From: a virus
Taxonomy: Duplodnaviria; Caudoviricetes
Reading direction: 5' to 3' (one strand)
Length of the DNA: 31,719 bases
IMG/VR virus record: IMGVR_UViG_3300044675_005591
Location: 1-31,719 of that record
The notes under the pieces: generated by a model
What the model saw: only the letters and a program-made list of their open reading frames with translations
The model's database searches: none
Told to the model about the DNA's origin: nothing
Part shown: one piece after another, positions 1-6,392 of the stretch
Position numbering within the stretch: position 1 is the stretch's first letter
How the letters are laid out: each line of letters begins with the position of its first letter
Program-made: the position numbers and the translations under genes

Positions 1-63
1 GCCAGCGGGCTTAAAATCCGCTGCTCTGTGAAGGGCTTCCGGGTTCGAGTCCCGGCATCGGCA
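1..63 (+). tRNA. tRNA-Leu(TAA), 3' part (5' end lies outside the window); probable prophage attachment site
   Basis: Anticodon stem GCGGG/TCCGC with loop CTTAAAA (TAA at 12-14), long variable arm GCTCT-GTGA-AGGGC, T arm CCGGG-TTCGAGT-CCCGG, discriminator A63, no encoded CCA. It sits directly upstream of an integrase. Confidence 0.9.
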
Positions 64-174
64 CTGGGGAAAGTAGGCTTTACGTGGGGGAATGGGCTGG
101 CGCTGGGCGGGTTTGAGGGAGTGGATGGAGGGCGAATTGAGGCGTAAATGGGATGTATATAAACGTATATAGGC

Positions 175-204
175 TTGACGGAGTGTGACGTTGGGTGTTA
201 CAAA
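175..204 (+). promoter_or_regulatory. Possible sigma70-type promoter for the integrase
   Basis: TTGACG (175-180), 18 nt, TACAAA (199-204), just before the ATG at 212. Confidence 0.3.
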
Positions 205-211
205 GTGTGAC

Positions 212-1468
212 ATGAGCGACCGCAACGACTCTTCCCCTGCCCTTTCCTCTGCCGTGTCTTCGGGTTCTTTGGTGCCTTCGGGTGCTGCACAGGGCGTGAA
301 GGCGTCTCGGCCGGCTTCGCTGAAGCGACGCATTGCGGGGGTGAAGGTGCGGTTTTATAAGCGCACGGTGGCATCGAATCTGAGCATGGATTTTGAGCTG
401 GAGGGTGAGCGGTTTCAGGAGTCCACCGGGTGGCCGCACATCGCGGATGCGGAGCGGGTGGCGCTGCGGCGGATTGAGGAGATCAAGGCGGCGCGTTTTG
501 CGCTGGGGGCCGGTGCGCTGGTGCGTGGCTCGATGGCGACGGTGGGGGATGTTTGCGAGGCGGTGACGGGCGGGGATAAGGTGATGGAGGATCGGACGCG
601 GGCGCGGTATCTGGAAGCGTTGAAGCGGCTGGCGCGGGTGGTGGATGAGGCGCGGCCGGATGCGGTGGCGCTGGATGCGGTGCTGAATCGCGGGCTGCTG
701 GAGCGGTTTGTGAGTGTGGGACAAGGCCGCGATGGCCGAGGCGTGAATTGGCATGATGCGCTGCCGGGGAATGTGGGCCTAAATTCGACGCTGCGGAATG
801 CGGCGAGTGTGTTTCAGGAGCGGATTGTGGAGCGGCACCTGAAGGGGTTGCGGCTGCCTCCGCTGGATGCGCTGCGGAAGTTTCCGGCGCTGCCGACGCC
901 GCCGACGCATTTTGTGCCGTGGCCGACGGAGAATCTGGCGGCGATGGATGCGGCGGCGCTGGTGCTGAAGGTGGAAGAGCCGGAGCTTTACCTGTGCCAC
1001 ATCATGCTGCGTCGCCTCGGGCTGCGGGATGCGGAGCTGCTGACGGCGCGGGCGAGCTGGGTGCAGTGGAATGAGGCGGAGGGGAAGGCGTGGCTGGATG
1101 TGCGGCCTCGGGCTGCGGAGGGTGGCGAGCCGGGTTTCAGGCTGTTGAAGGGTGGCAGGCCGCGGCGTTTGGCGCTGGATGCGGAGATCCAGGGGCTGCT
1201 GAAGGGGCGCGCGGGGTTTTTGATCGGTGACGGCTGGACGGATTCACGCCGCTATGATTTCATTTATCGGGATCATTGCGAGTGGCTGCGGCCGTTTGTG
1301 CCGGCGGGGCGCTCGAAGGTGAACCATGAGCTGCGGAAGCTGAGCGCGAGTCGCGTTTATACGGCGCACGGCATCGCGGCGGCGGCGTATTTCCTGGGGG
1401 ATTCGGTGGCGACGACGGAGGGCTATTATGCGACCTGGACGGGCGAGGCTCCGGTGGTGGAGTGGTGA
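212..1468 (+). CDS. int: Phage integrase (tyrosine recombinase)
   Basis: Motifs GLRDAEL (R), HELRK (HxxR), YFLGDS...TTEGYY (Y); adjacent to a tRNA 3' end. ATG at 212 preferred over GTG at 185. Confidence 0.85.
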   Translation: MSDRNDSSPALSSAVSSGSLVPSGAAQGVKASRPASLKRRIAGVKVRFYKRTVASNLSMDFELEGERFQESTGWPHIADAERVALRRIEEIKAARFALGAGALVRGSMATVGDVCEAVTGGDKVMEDRTRARYLEALKRLARVVDEARPDAVALDAVLNRGLLERFVSVGQGRDGRGVNWHDALPGNVGLNSTLRNAASVFQERIVERHLKGLRLPPLDALRKFPALPTPPTHFVPWPTENLAAMDAAALVLKVEEPELYLCHIMLRRLGLRDAELLTARASWVQWNEAEGKAWLDVRPRAAEGGEPGFRLLKGGRPRRLALDAEIQGLLKGRAGFLIGDGWTDSRRYDFIYRDHCEWLRPFVPAGRSKVNHELRKLSASRVYTAHGIAAAAYFLGDSVATTEGYYATWTGEAPVVEW

Positions 1469-1534
1469 GCGGAACAAATGTCGAAATCAGAATGAGGAAA
1501 CCAAAATGAGGAATGAGGAAGCGCCGAGGCGGTA

Positions 1535-1589
1535 TTTCTGGTTTTGCCGGTGCTATCCAGAAATGTGTTCTGGATAATCTTTGTTCGCC
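1535..1589 (+). other. attI-like site, locus 1 (crossover G/TT at 1583)
   Basis: 1535-1585 aligns without gaps to the reverse complement of 15333-15383 at 35/51 positions (manual count), ending at GTT. It heads an attC array. Confidence 0.65.
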
Positions 1590-1933
1590 TGATAGGGATT
1601 TCGTCCGAACAGGCAGTCAGCAGCGACAACGGAGTTGCCATTCATCGAGGTCCACATGCCTTCTTTGGCAAGTATCTCGATGATGGGCCTACCGATGCAG
1701 ATCGGGATTCTGGCGGCGTCTCGTTCGCGTTCCAGTTTTCTGGCATGGATACTCAGCGACAGATAATGTTCTGACCATTCGGTGGCATCCTTTGGCATGT
1801 GATCCACTAGAGCGGCATCAGTCTCAGGCGTCTCCGAAACAGAAGAACAAGCCTGCTGGAGACAACCCCCTTGGGCGTCTTGATCTTCGATAGCGTCTAG
1901 CTCCGGCGTGGGTGCATTGGTATTCGTTGTCAT
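1553..1933 (-). CDS. Cassette ORF, phage-type hypothetical protein (TPETDA...ARKLERERD), 126 aa
   Basis: Starts inside attC 1842-1975 and ends inside the attI-like site; ATGA overlap with the upstream ORF. Confidence 0.7.
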   Translation of the reverse strand: MTTNTNAPTPELDAIEDQDAQGGCLQQACSSVSETPETDAALVDHMPKDATEWSEHYLSLSIHARKLERERDAARIPICIGRPIIEILAKEGMWTSMNGNSVVAADCLFGRNPYQANKDYPEHISG

Positions 1934-1975
1934 TTTGTGGTTAGGTCAGGGGTTGTCTCATCAGGGTCGTTCTGC
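1842..1975 (+). other. attC-like site A
   Basis: GAAGAAC...GCTG[G]AGACAACCCC // GGGGTTGTCTCATC-AGGGTC-GTTCTGC: paired arms, one unpaired G in the left L box, AAC/GTT ends. Confidence 0.8.
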
Positions 1976-2208
1976 GGATACATGAAACTCGGGTAGGCCG
2001 TTCCTATCAAATCTTCCACCCGACAATGCCACTCATCGAGTTCGTGAGATTTTGCCCATGCCTCCATGATCGGCTCAACCAGCACGAGGATTTCCAGCAT
2101 AGCCTTTTCTCGGCACGCGCAGGCGTGGTGGTGAGTTGCGCCAACTGCCGAACAAGGCGAGGCAGCGCAACCCTCAGGAGCGGGCAAGTTTGTTTTTGGA
2201 TCAGGCAT
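1930..2208 (-). CDS. Cassette ORF, hypothetical protein with THHHACACRE motif, 92 aa
   Basis: ATG at 2208 lies in the loop of attC B and overlaps the upstream stop (ATGCCTGA); stop lies in the loop of attC A. Confidence 0.65.
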   Translation of the reverse strand: MPDPKTNLPAPEGCAASPCSAVGATHHHACACREKAMLEILVLVEPIMEAWAKSHELDEWHCRVEDLIGTAYPSFMYPQNDPDETTPDLTTK

Positions 2209-2249
2209 CTGGGGCGCTCCTTTCGGGTTGCTGCTCTTTTGCGTTGAGG
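2147..2249 (+). other. attC-like site B
   Basis: GCCGAAC-AAGGC-GAG[G]CAGC-GCAACCC // GGGTT-GCTGCTC-TTTTGC-GTTGAGG. Confidence 0.8.
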
Positions 2250-2497
2250 TCACAAAACATCTGGCATTGGCAGTCGGGGCATTGGCAAAGCGTCGAGTCA
2301 TATTCGCGATTGCATTGGAGGCAGCGGCGCCGGAGTCCATGCTGTGGGAGCAGTGGCATGCCAAACATGAGCCGGAACCGATTTCCTGCATGCAGCTTTG
2401 AGAGTGCGCGGTGATTGGCCGCGCGCTGTTTCGGCGTGGGAATTGGAACAAGATCGCCGCATGGGGGCTGATCGTTGGCGTGCATGGAATTAGGCAT
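2201..2497 (-). CDS. Cassette-associated ORF with Cys-rich (zinc-ribbon-like) C-terminus, 98 aa
   Basis: CLQC...CPDC motif; reads through attC C and stops inside attC B. Confidence 0.55.
   Translation of the reverse strand: MPNSMHANDQPPCGDLVPIPTPKQRAANHRALSKLHAGNRFRLMFGMPLLPQHGLRRRCLQCNREYDSTLCQCPDCQCQMFCDLNAKEQQPERSAPDA
2372..2480 (+). other. attC-like site C (degenerate)
   Basis: CCGGAAC-CGATT-TCCT[G]CAT-GCAGC // GCCGC-ATGGGGG-CTGATC-GTTGGCG; more mismatches than the other sites. Confidence 0.55.
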
Positions 2498-3044
2498 TTG
2501 ATGGGACGGTGGAGAGGATCTCGGCCTCGATGACCGTGCTGCTTTGCTGTTCGAGGGCGGCGGCTTTGGCGGCGGCGGCTTTGGCGCGGGCCTCTGCTAA
2601 GCGATCCTGGGCGCTGATCGTGACGACGGCTTTGATTTCGGTGGGCATGCCGTTGAGGGAGCGCTCGATGTCGTGGGCGAGTTTGCTGCTCATGGAGACG
2701 GCCATGAGGTCGGACTTTTTGGCGTCGGGGATGAGCTCGGCCATTTTGCTGGTGCCCTGAAGGCGGGCGATGGCGGCGTTTTTGGCGGCGAGGTCGGCAA
2801 GCTGCTCGATGCTGAACTCGCTGCGCATGAGGGCGGCAATGGTTTGGCGGGATTTGTCGATTTCGAGGGTTTTGAGTTCGCGCTGGAGATCGGAGATGGA
2901 GGTGATGCCGTGCTGGGTGATCATCTCAATGCAGACGGCGTAGGAGTCGGGGTCGCTGGACTTCCAGTTTTTGGCGGTGTGTTCGCGCCAGGCGTCGATG
3001 GGACGCGGGGGGAGATCGGCGAGGGGGAGAGCGGGGGTGTCCAT
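2490..3044 (-). CDS. Hypothetical helical protein, possibly terminase small subunit-like, 184 aa
   Basis: HTH-like N-terminal region, helical middle, VIEAE-type tail. The TerS call is inference only. Confidence 0.6.
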   Translation of the reverse strand: MDTPALPLADLPPRPIDAWREHTAKNWKSSDPDSYAVCIEMITQHGITSISDLQRELKTLEIDKSRQTIAALMRSEFSIEQLADLAAKNAAIARLQGTSKMAELIPDAKKSDLMAVSMSSKLAHDIERSLNGMPTEIKAVVTISAQDRLAEARAKAAAAKAAALEQQSSTVIEAEILSTVPSNA

Positions 3045-3045
3045 G

Positions 3046-3117
3046 GGGAGACTGGGAGACTGGGAGACTGGGAGACTGGGAGACTGGGAGACTGGGAGAC
3101 TGGGAGACTGGGAGACT
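3046..3117. repeat. Perfect tandem repeat (GGGAGACT) x9
   Basis: Read directly; it ends 1 nt from the ATG (3044) of the 184-aa gene. Confidence 0.97.
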
Positions 3118-3145
3118 AGGCGGCGCGATGCAGTGCGGCGAAGGG

Positions 3146-3180
3146 GATGACTTTGTTGACTGCATTGACGTTGTTGACGG
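3146..3180. repeat. 9-bp periodic (T)TGAC repeat after the intI stop
   Basis: TGAC at 3148, 3157, 3166, 3175; related arrays at 6363-6392 and 6767-6805. Confidence 0.8.
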
Positions 3181-3188
3181 GGTAAGAA

Positions 3189-4211
3189 TTAGGCGGCGCG
3201 TTGATGAGGGGTGAAGGGCACGACGTTGGAGGCTGGCTGTGGCAGAGAGTCGAGGGGACTGCGGATTTCGCTGGCGAATTGGCGGATGCAGTGGGTGTAG
3301 AGCTCGGTGGTTTCGAGATGAGCATGGCCTAGCAGTTCTTTGAGCTTGTGGATGCTGCCGCCGTTTTCGAGGTAGGCGGTGGCGAAGCTGTGGCGGAGGG
3401 TGTGGACGGTGATGCGTTTGCCGATGCGGGCGCGCTGGGCGGCTTTTTTGAGGGCTTTGGCGAGGGTGTCTTCGTGGAGGTGATGACGGCGAATGATGCC
3501 GGTTTCGGGGTCGCGTGAGGGCTGGCGGCCGGGGAAGAGGAATTGCCAGGGCCAGTCTTCGCCATAGCGGGGGTATTTGCGGGCGATGGAGTCTGGCAAC
3601 CAGACGCCGGGGAGGTTTTGGCGGCGATCGGCTTGCCAGAGGGCTTCAAGACGCTGGAAACGGGCTTGAAGGACGGGGATGAGGCTGGCGGGTAGGCAGG
3701 TGGTGCGGTCTTTGTCGCCTTTGCCGCCGCGGACGGTAATGAGGCGGGCGCTGAGGTCGATGTCGCGGATGCGGAGGCGGAGGCCTTCGTTGAGGCGGAG
3801 GCCGCTGCCGAACATGATCTGGGCGATGAGAAGGCAGGGACCTTCGAGATGATGGGCGAGGGCTTGGAATTCGCTGCTGGAGAGCCAGACGGGGAGGCGC
3901 TGTTTTTGGGGTGGTTTGACCCATTCGGGCATTTGACCCAAGGGGGTGCCGAGGCCGTGCTTGTAGGCGAAGACGAGGGCGTTGAGGGCCTGCTGCTGGG
4001 TTTTGGGTGAGCAGCCGCCGGGGCGTGTGGCGAGATGGGCGAGGTAGCGGCTGACTTTGGTTTCTGAGTCGGCTGCATGAAGGCCGGGCTGACTGAGGAG
4101 CCACAGGGCGTAACGTCGTGCCCAGCCTGCGTAGCATTGCCACGTTTTGCGGGCTTTGTGGTCGCGTTTGGCGGCACAGATGACTTGCTCGATGAATTCG
4201 GAGGTTGTCAT
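3189..4211 (-). CDS. intI: Integron integrase
   Basis: Tyrosine recombinase motifs GLRLNE, GKGDKDR, HTLRHSFAT, LLGH and TTELYTH, plus the IntI-specific insertion PGVWLPDSIARKYP...WPWQFLFP...RHHLHE. Confidence 0.93.
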   Translation of the reverse strand: MTTSEFIEQVICAAKRDHKARKTWQCYAGWARRYALWLLSQPGLHAADSETKVSRYLAHLATRPGGCSPKTQQQALNALVFAYKHGLGTPLGQMPEWVKPPQKQRLPVWLSSSEFQALAHHLEGPCLLIAQIMFGSGLRLNEGLRLRIRDIDLSARLITVRGGKGDKDRTTCLPASLIPVLQARFQRLEALWQADRRQNLPGVWLPDSIARKYPRYGEDWPWQFLFPGRQPSRDPETGIIRRHHLHEDTLAKALKKAAQRARIGKRITVHTLRHSFATAYLENGGSIHKLKELLGHAHLETTELYTHCIRQFASEIRSPLDSLPQPASNVVPFTPHQRAA

Positions 4212-4218
4212 GATAACT

Positions 4219-4252
4219 CAGAATGGAGGTGGGGTTAATTCAACTGTTAGGC
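4219..4252 (+). other. attI site, locus 2 (core GTTAGGC at 4246-4252)
   Basis: Canonical GTTRRRY about 35 bp upstream of the intI start. 4219-4240 matches the locus 3 site at 17/22 positions. The core is the exact complement of the next attC's GCCTAAC. Confidence 0.8.
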
Positions 4253-4585
4253 AGAAGGCACCGTATGCGGTCCATATTTACGAAGCCGGGTGAGCGTTCG
4301 CTCCATGTTCTCAACGTCGCGCTCCAGTTGCTCGGCCCACATCTTGTTTTTGCGGGTCGTTCGTCCGAGCGCAACGTCGTGGTCCCCGAGCAAAGAGCGT
4401 GTGTGCTCAAGGCCAGCGTCGAGCGCGTGAATCGCGGCGTATATGTCATCCTTCTGAACCGTCCAGAGTTCGGGTTGGTATTCGGTAATCATAAAATTAA
4501 AAACTGAGCCTAACAAGGCGATGGAGACAAGCCGAGTGCTTGCCACGTTTTCATTCGCGGGAGGTTTTTGGTTCGTGGGAATCAT
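4247..4585 (-). CDS. Cassette ORF, hypothetical coiled-coil protein (112 aa; start may be the internal MITEYQ)
   Basis: The TAA stop is part of the core site; the annotated start lies inside attC 4508-4615. Confidence 0.7.
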   Translation of the reverse strand: MIPTNQKPPANENVASTRLVSIALLGSVFNFMITEYQPELWTVQKDDIYAAIHALDAGLEHTRSLLGDHDVALGRTTRKNKMWAEQLERDVENMERTLTRLRKYGPHTVPSA

Positions 4586-4615
4586 TGGTTCGGCTGTCTC
4601 ACCTTGTCGTTCAGG
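4508..4615 (+). other. attC site 1
   Basis: GCCTAAC-AAGGC-GATG[G]AGA-CA[A]GCCGA // TCGGCTG-TCTCACC-TTGTC-GTTCAGG: R''/L''/L'/R' geometry with two extrahelical bases. Confidence 0.88.
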
Positions 4616-4651
4616 GCACTCACGTTAGTCTTTCGGACTTCGTGAGCGCCC
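4614..4651 (-). terminator. Stem-loop downstream of the 103-aa cassette gene
   Basis: GGGCACTCACG..AGTC-TTTCG-GACT..CGTGAGCGCCC; no clear U tract. Confidence 0.4.
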
Positions 4652-4664
4652 GTCACAGGTGGCG

Positions 4665-4976
4665 TTACATTTTCAGTCCGTCAGCCGTCGGCTCGATCAC
4701 GAGCGATGTCGGGTCTTTGCTGTGCGGGTATGGATTCGGCGTGTTCTGCGCCTTGAGGTCCATGCCGAGCCACATGATTGCTTCCTCGATCTTGGTCACG
4801 GCGAGGCTGCGTTCACGCGATGAGCGCACGGGATGGTCTGGCGCACGTTCTCCGGTGTAGCCTTTGTCACTGCCTTGTTTGAGGCGTTGGAGGCATTCAT
4901 CGAGGTCTTTGCGCCATTGCTTCGTCTGGAAGACAAAGGCTTCTTGCTGGTCTGGGTTTGGTGTCGTGGTTTCCAT
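4665..4976 (-). CDS. Cassette ORF, Acb2/Tad1-like helical-hairpin protein (candidate anti-defence nucleotide sponge), 103 aa
   Basis: SSRERSLAVTKIEEAIMWL resembles the Tad1 (SSRENACALTHVEEALMW) and Acb2-family helix, as recalled from memory. Confidence 0.6.
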   Translation of the reverse strand: METTTPNPDQQEAFVFQTKQWRKDLDECLQRLKQGSDKGYTGERAPDHPVRSSRERSLAVTKIEEAIMWLGMDLKAQNTPNPYPHSKDPTSLVIEPTADGLKM

Positions 4977-5024
4977 GTTATCGTTGTCGTTTGGTTTCTA
5001 CTTCGGCAGTCTGGGGTGCCGTGC

Positions 5025-5117
5025 CCTGAACCATGCGCTGGTGGCAACGGCTCGAAATTTATCTGTCACGGTTGCGGGGCCTCAGTGCTCGCCGTCGCCA
5101 CAGCTTCGGCGTTCTGC
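5025..5117 (+). other. attC site 2
   Basis: CCTGAAC-CATGC-GCTG[G]TGG-CAACGGC // GCCGTCG-CCACAGC-TTCGGC-GTTCTGC. GTGCCCTGAAC (5021-5031) is the exact complement of the cassette start GTTCAGGGCAC (4609-4619). Confidence 0.88.
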
Positions 5118-5431
5118 TCACCGACTAGCGCGACGCACTTCGAGTGCAGCAAGGTGCCTCCAAAGCCCGCTGCCATGATTGGCACGTTTTTCACCACTGA
5201 GCGCAAGACAGATTCGCATTCGTGCAAGCGGCGAGTCATTGCGTCCGGTGGCACATAAAAGTTGTGGCTGCATCCGCCGCAGCACACATCAGCAGCGTGA
5301 CCGTCGTAAAGCCAGAGTTTGCCGCAGTTTGGACATTCAACGAACTGCTTGACCACGAAAGCGGAACCAGCGGATGCAGGCAACCCAGTGGGTCGGTTTG
5401 TCGGAGTTTGAGAGTCGGTTTCTTCGGTCAT
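5066..5431 (-). CDS. Cassette ORF, zinc-finger-like protein (CPNC...CGGC), 121 aa
   Basis: Starts in the loop of attC 3 and stops in the loop of attC 2. Confidence 0.7.
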   Translation of the reverse strand: MTEETDSQTPTNRPTGLPASAGSAFVVKQFVECPNCGKLWLYDGHAADVCCGGCSHNFYVPPDAMTRRLHECESVLRSVVKNVPIMAAGFGGTLLHSKCVALVGEQNAEAVATASTEAPQP

Positions 5432-5497
5432 GTATTTGAGGCTGGTGAGTGTCTTTCGTGGTTATGCCCCAGGGTTGCCTGATCCTGGTCGTTCACT
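5361..5497 (+). other. attC site 3
   Basis: GCGGAAC-CAGCG-GAT[G]CAGG-CAACCC // GGGTTG-CCTGATC-CTGGTC-GTTCACT. Confidence 0.87.
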
Positions 5498-5951
5498 TTT
5501 CGCCGAGGATGAGGTTGACGGTCTTGATGAACCATTTGGCGAGGGAGTTGTCGGCCTGGATGGCGGATTGGAGGCGGTGCCAGGCTTCTAAAACTGCGGC
5601 GGGGCTGGTGTCGATGTGGCCGGTGGTGTGGGCGGTGACGGCTTCGCGGAGGGTGCCGGGATCGGACTCGGCGATGGCGGCGATGGTGATCTCGAGGCGC
5701 GGGAGGTAGTCGGGCGGGCAGTCGTCGCGCAAATAGGCGATGAGCCAGCGGCGGGCGGTTTCGTCATCGACGGCGCGGAGGAGCTGGCCAAAGCGCTCGG
5801 GGCGCGGATGCTGGTCGCGGCGGATGCTGTCGATGGTGCCGCGTTTGAGGCCGGCGGTGTTTTCGAGGCTGAGGATGGTGCGCGTGGGGTTGCGCTGAAG
5901 GTAGTCTTCGAGTTGGACGGATAGATGGCTCATGCGTCCAGCTTGGTGCAT
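5493..5951 (-). CDS. XRE-type HTH protein, repressor-like
   Basis: N-terminal HTH-like segment TILSLENTAGLKRGTIDSIRRDQHPRPERFGQLLRAV. Its stop codon overlaps the last GTT core of the array. Confidence 0.65.
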   Translation of the reverse strand: MHQAGRMSHLSVQLEDYLQRNPTRTILSLENTAGLKRGTIDSIRRDQHPRPERFGQLLRAVDDETARRWLIAYLRDDCPPDYLPRLEITIAAIAESDPGTLREAVTAHTTGHIDTSPAAVLEAWHRLQSAIQADNSLAKWFIKTVNLILGEK

Positions 5952-5964
5952 TAAATCGTTGTTT

Positions 5965-6288
5965 TCAACAATTTTTTGATGCGGGAGGGTGTGCGGGCTT
6001 TTGAGTTTGGGCGCGGGGCTTTTTAGCTCCGGTGTGTGTGTGTGGAGGGGTTTGAGGCCGTGGATCCTCGGTGCTTTGGCTGGGGGCTGCGGCGGGGCTG
6101 GGAACGGCTAAAATGGCGGCCTGGAGGGCGTCGGCGAGGCTGAGGCGGTGGGCCTGGGCGTAGGCGAGGAGGTGGGCGTGGGCGGTGGCGCTGACGCGCG
6201 GGAGCGTGGTGCGGCGGGGCTGCTGGAGGGCGGGACGGCCGCGGCTGCGCTTGCGGGCGGTGGTTTTGGTGTTAGGCTGGGGGATCAT
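5965..6288 (-). CDS. Small DNA-binding protein (RGRP motif plus ribbon-helix-helix-like segment)
   Basis: From ATG 6288: RSRGRP...TTLPRVSATAHAHLLAYAQAHRLSLADALQAAI. Confidence 0.5.
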   Translation of the reverse strand: MIPQPNTKTTARKRSRGRPALQQPRRTTLPRVSATAHAHLLAYAQAHRLSLADALQAAILAVPSPAAAPSQSTEDPRPQTPPHTHTGAKKPRAQTQKPAHPPASKNC

Positions 6289-6320
6289 GGCGTTGGTGAA
6301 TGCTGGCGCTGTTTGTGATG

Positions 6321-6354
6321 AGCCCCCGGCGATTTGCGGTCGCCGGGGGCTTTG
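6321..6354. terminator. GC-rich hairpin, terminator-like
   Basis: AGCCCCCGGCGA-TTTGCGG-TCGCCGGGGGCT, a 12-bp perfect stem in an intergenic gap. Confidence 0.6.
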
Positions 6355-6362
6355 TGCGTTTG

Positions 6363-6392
6363 GGTGACGTTGTTGACCTGGTTGACGGGTTA
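6363..6392. repeat. 9-bp periodic GTTGAC repeat
   Basis: 25 bp (GGTGACGTTGTTGACCTGGTTGACG) identical to 6767-6791. Confidence 0.85.

Noticed and set aside
1554-1576. Palindrome TATCCAGAA-ATGTG-TTCTGGATA, with GTT at 1567 as the crossover of array 1
   Set aside because: Ungapped alignment with the locus 3 site places the crossover at GTT 1583; the palindrome is internal to the attI-like site.
2443-2480. 38-bp mini attC starting at TTGGAAC
   Set aside because: Too short to hold L boxes; the 2372-2480 pairing explains the same GTT better.
3046-3180. Short repeats as a CRISPR array
   Set aside because: Units are 8-9 bp and tandem with no unique spacers; no cas genes are present.
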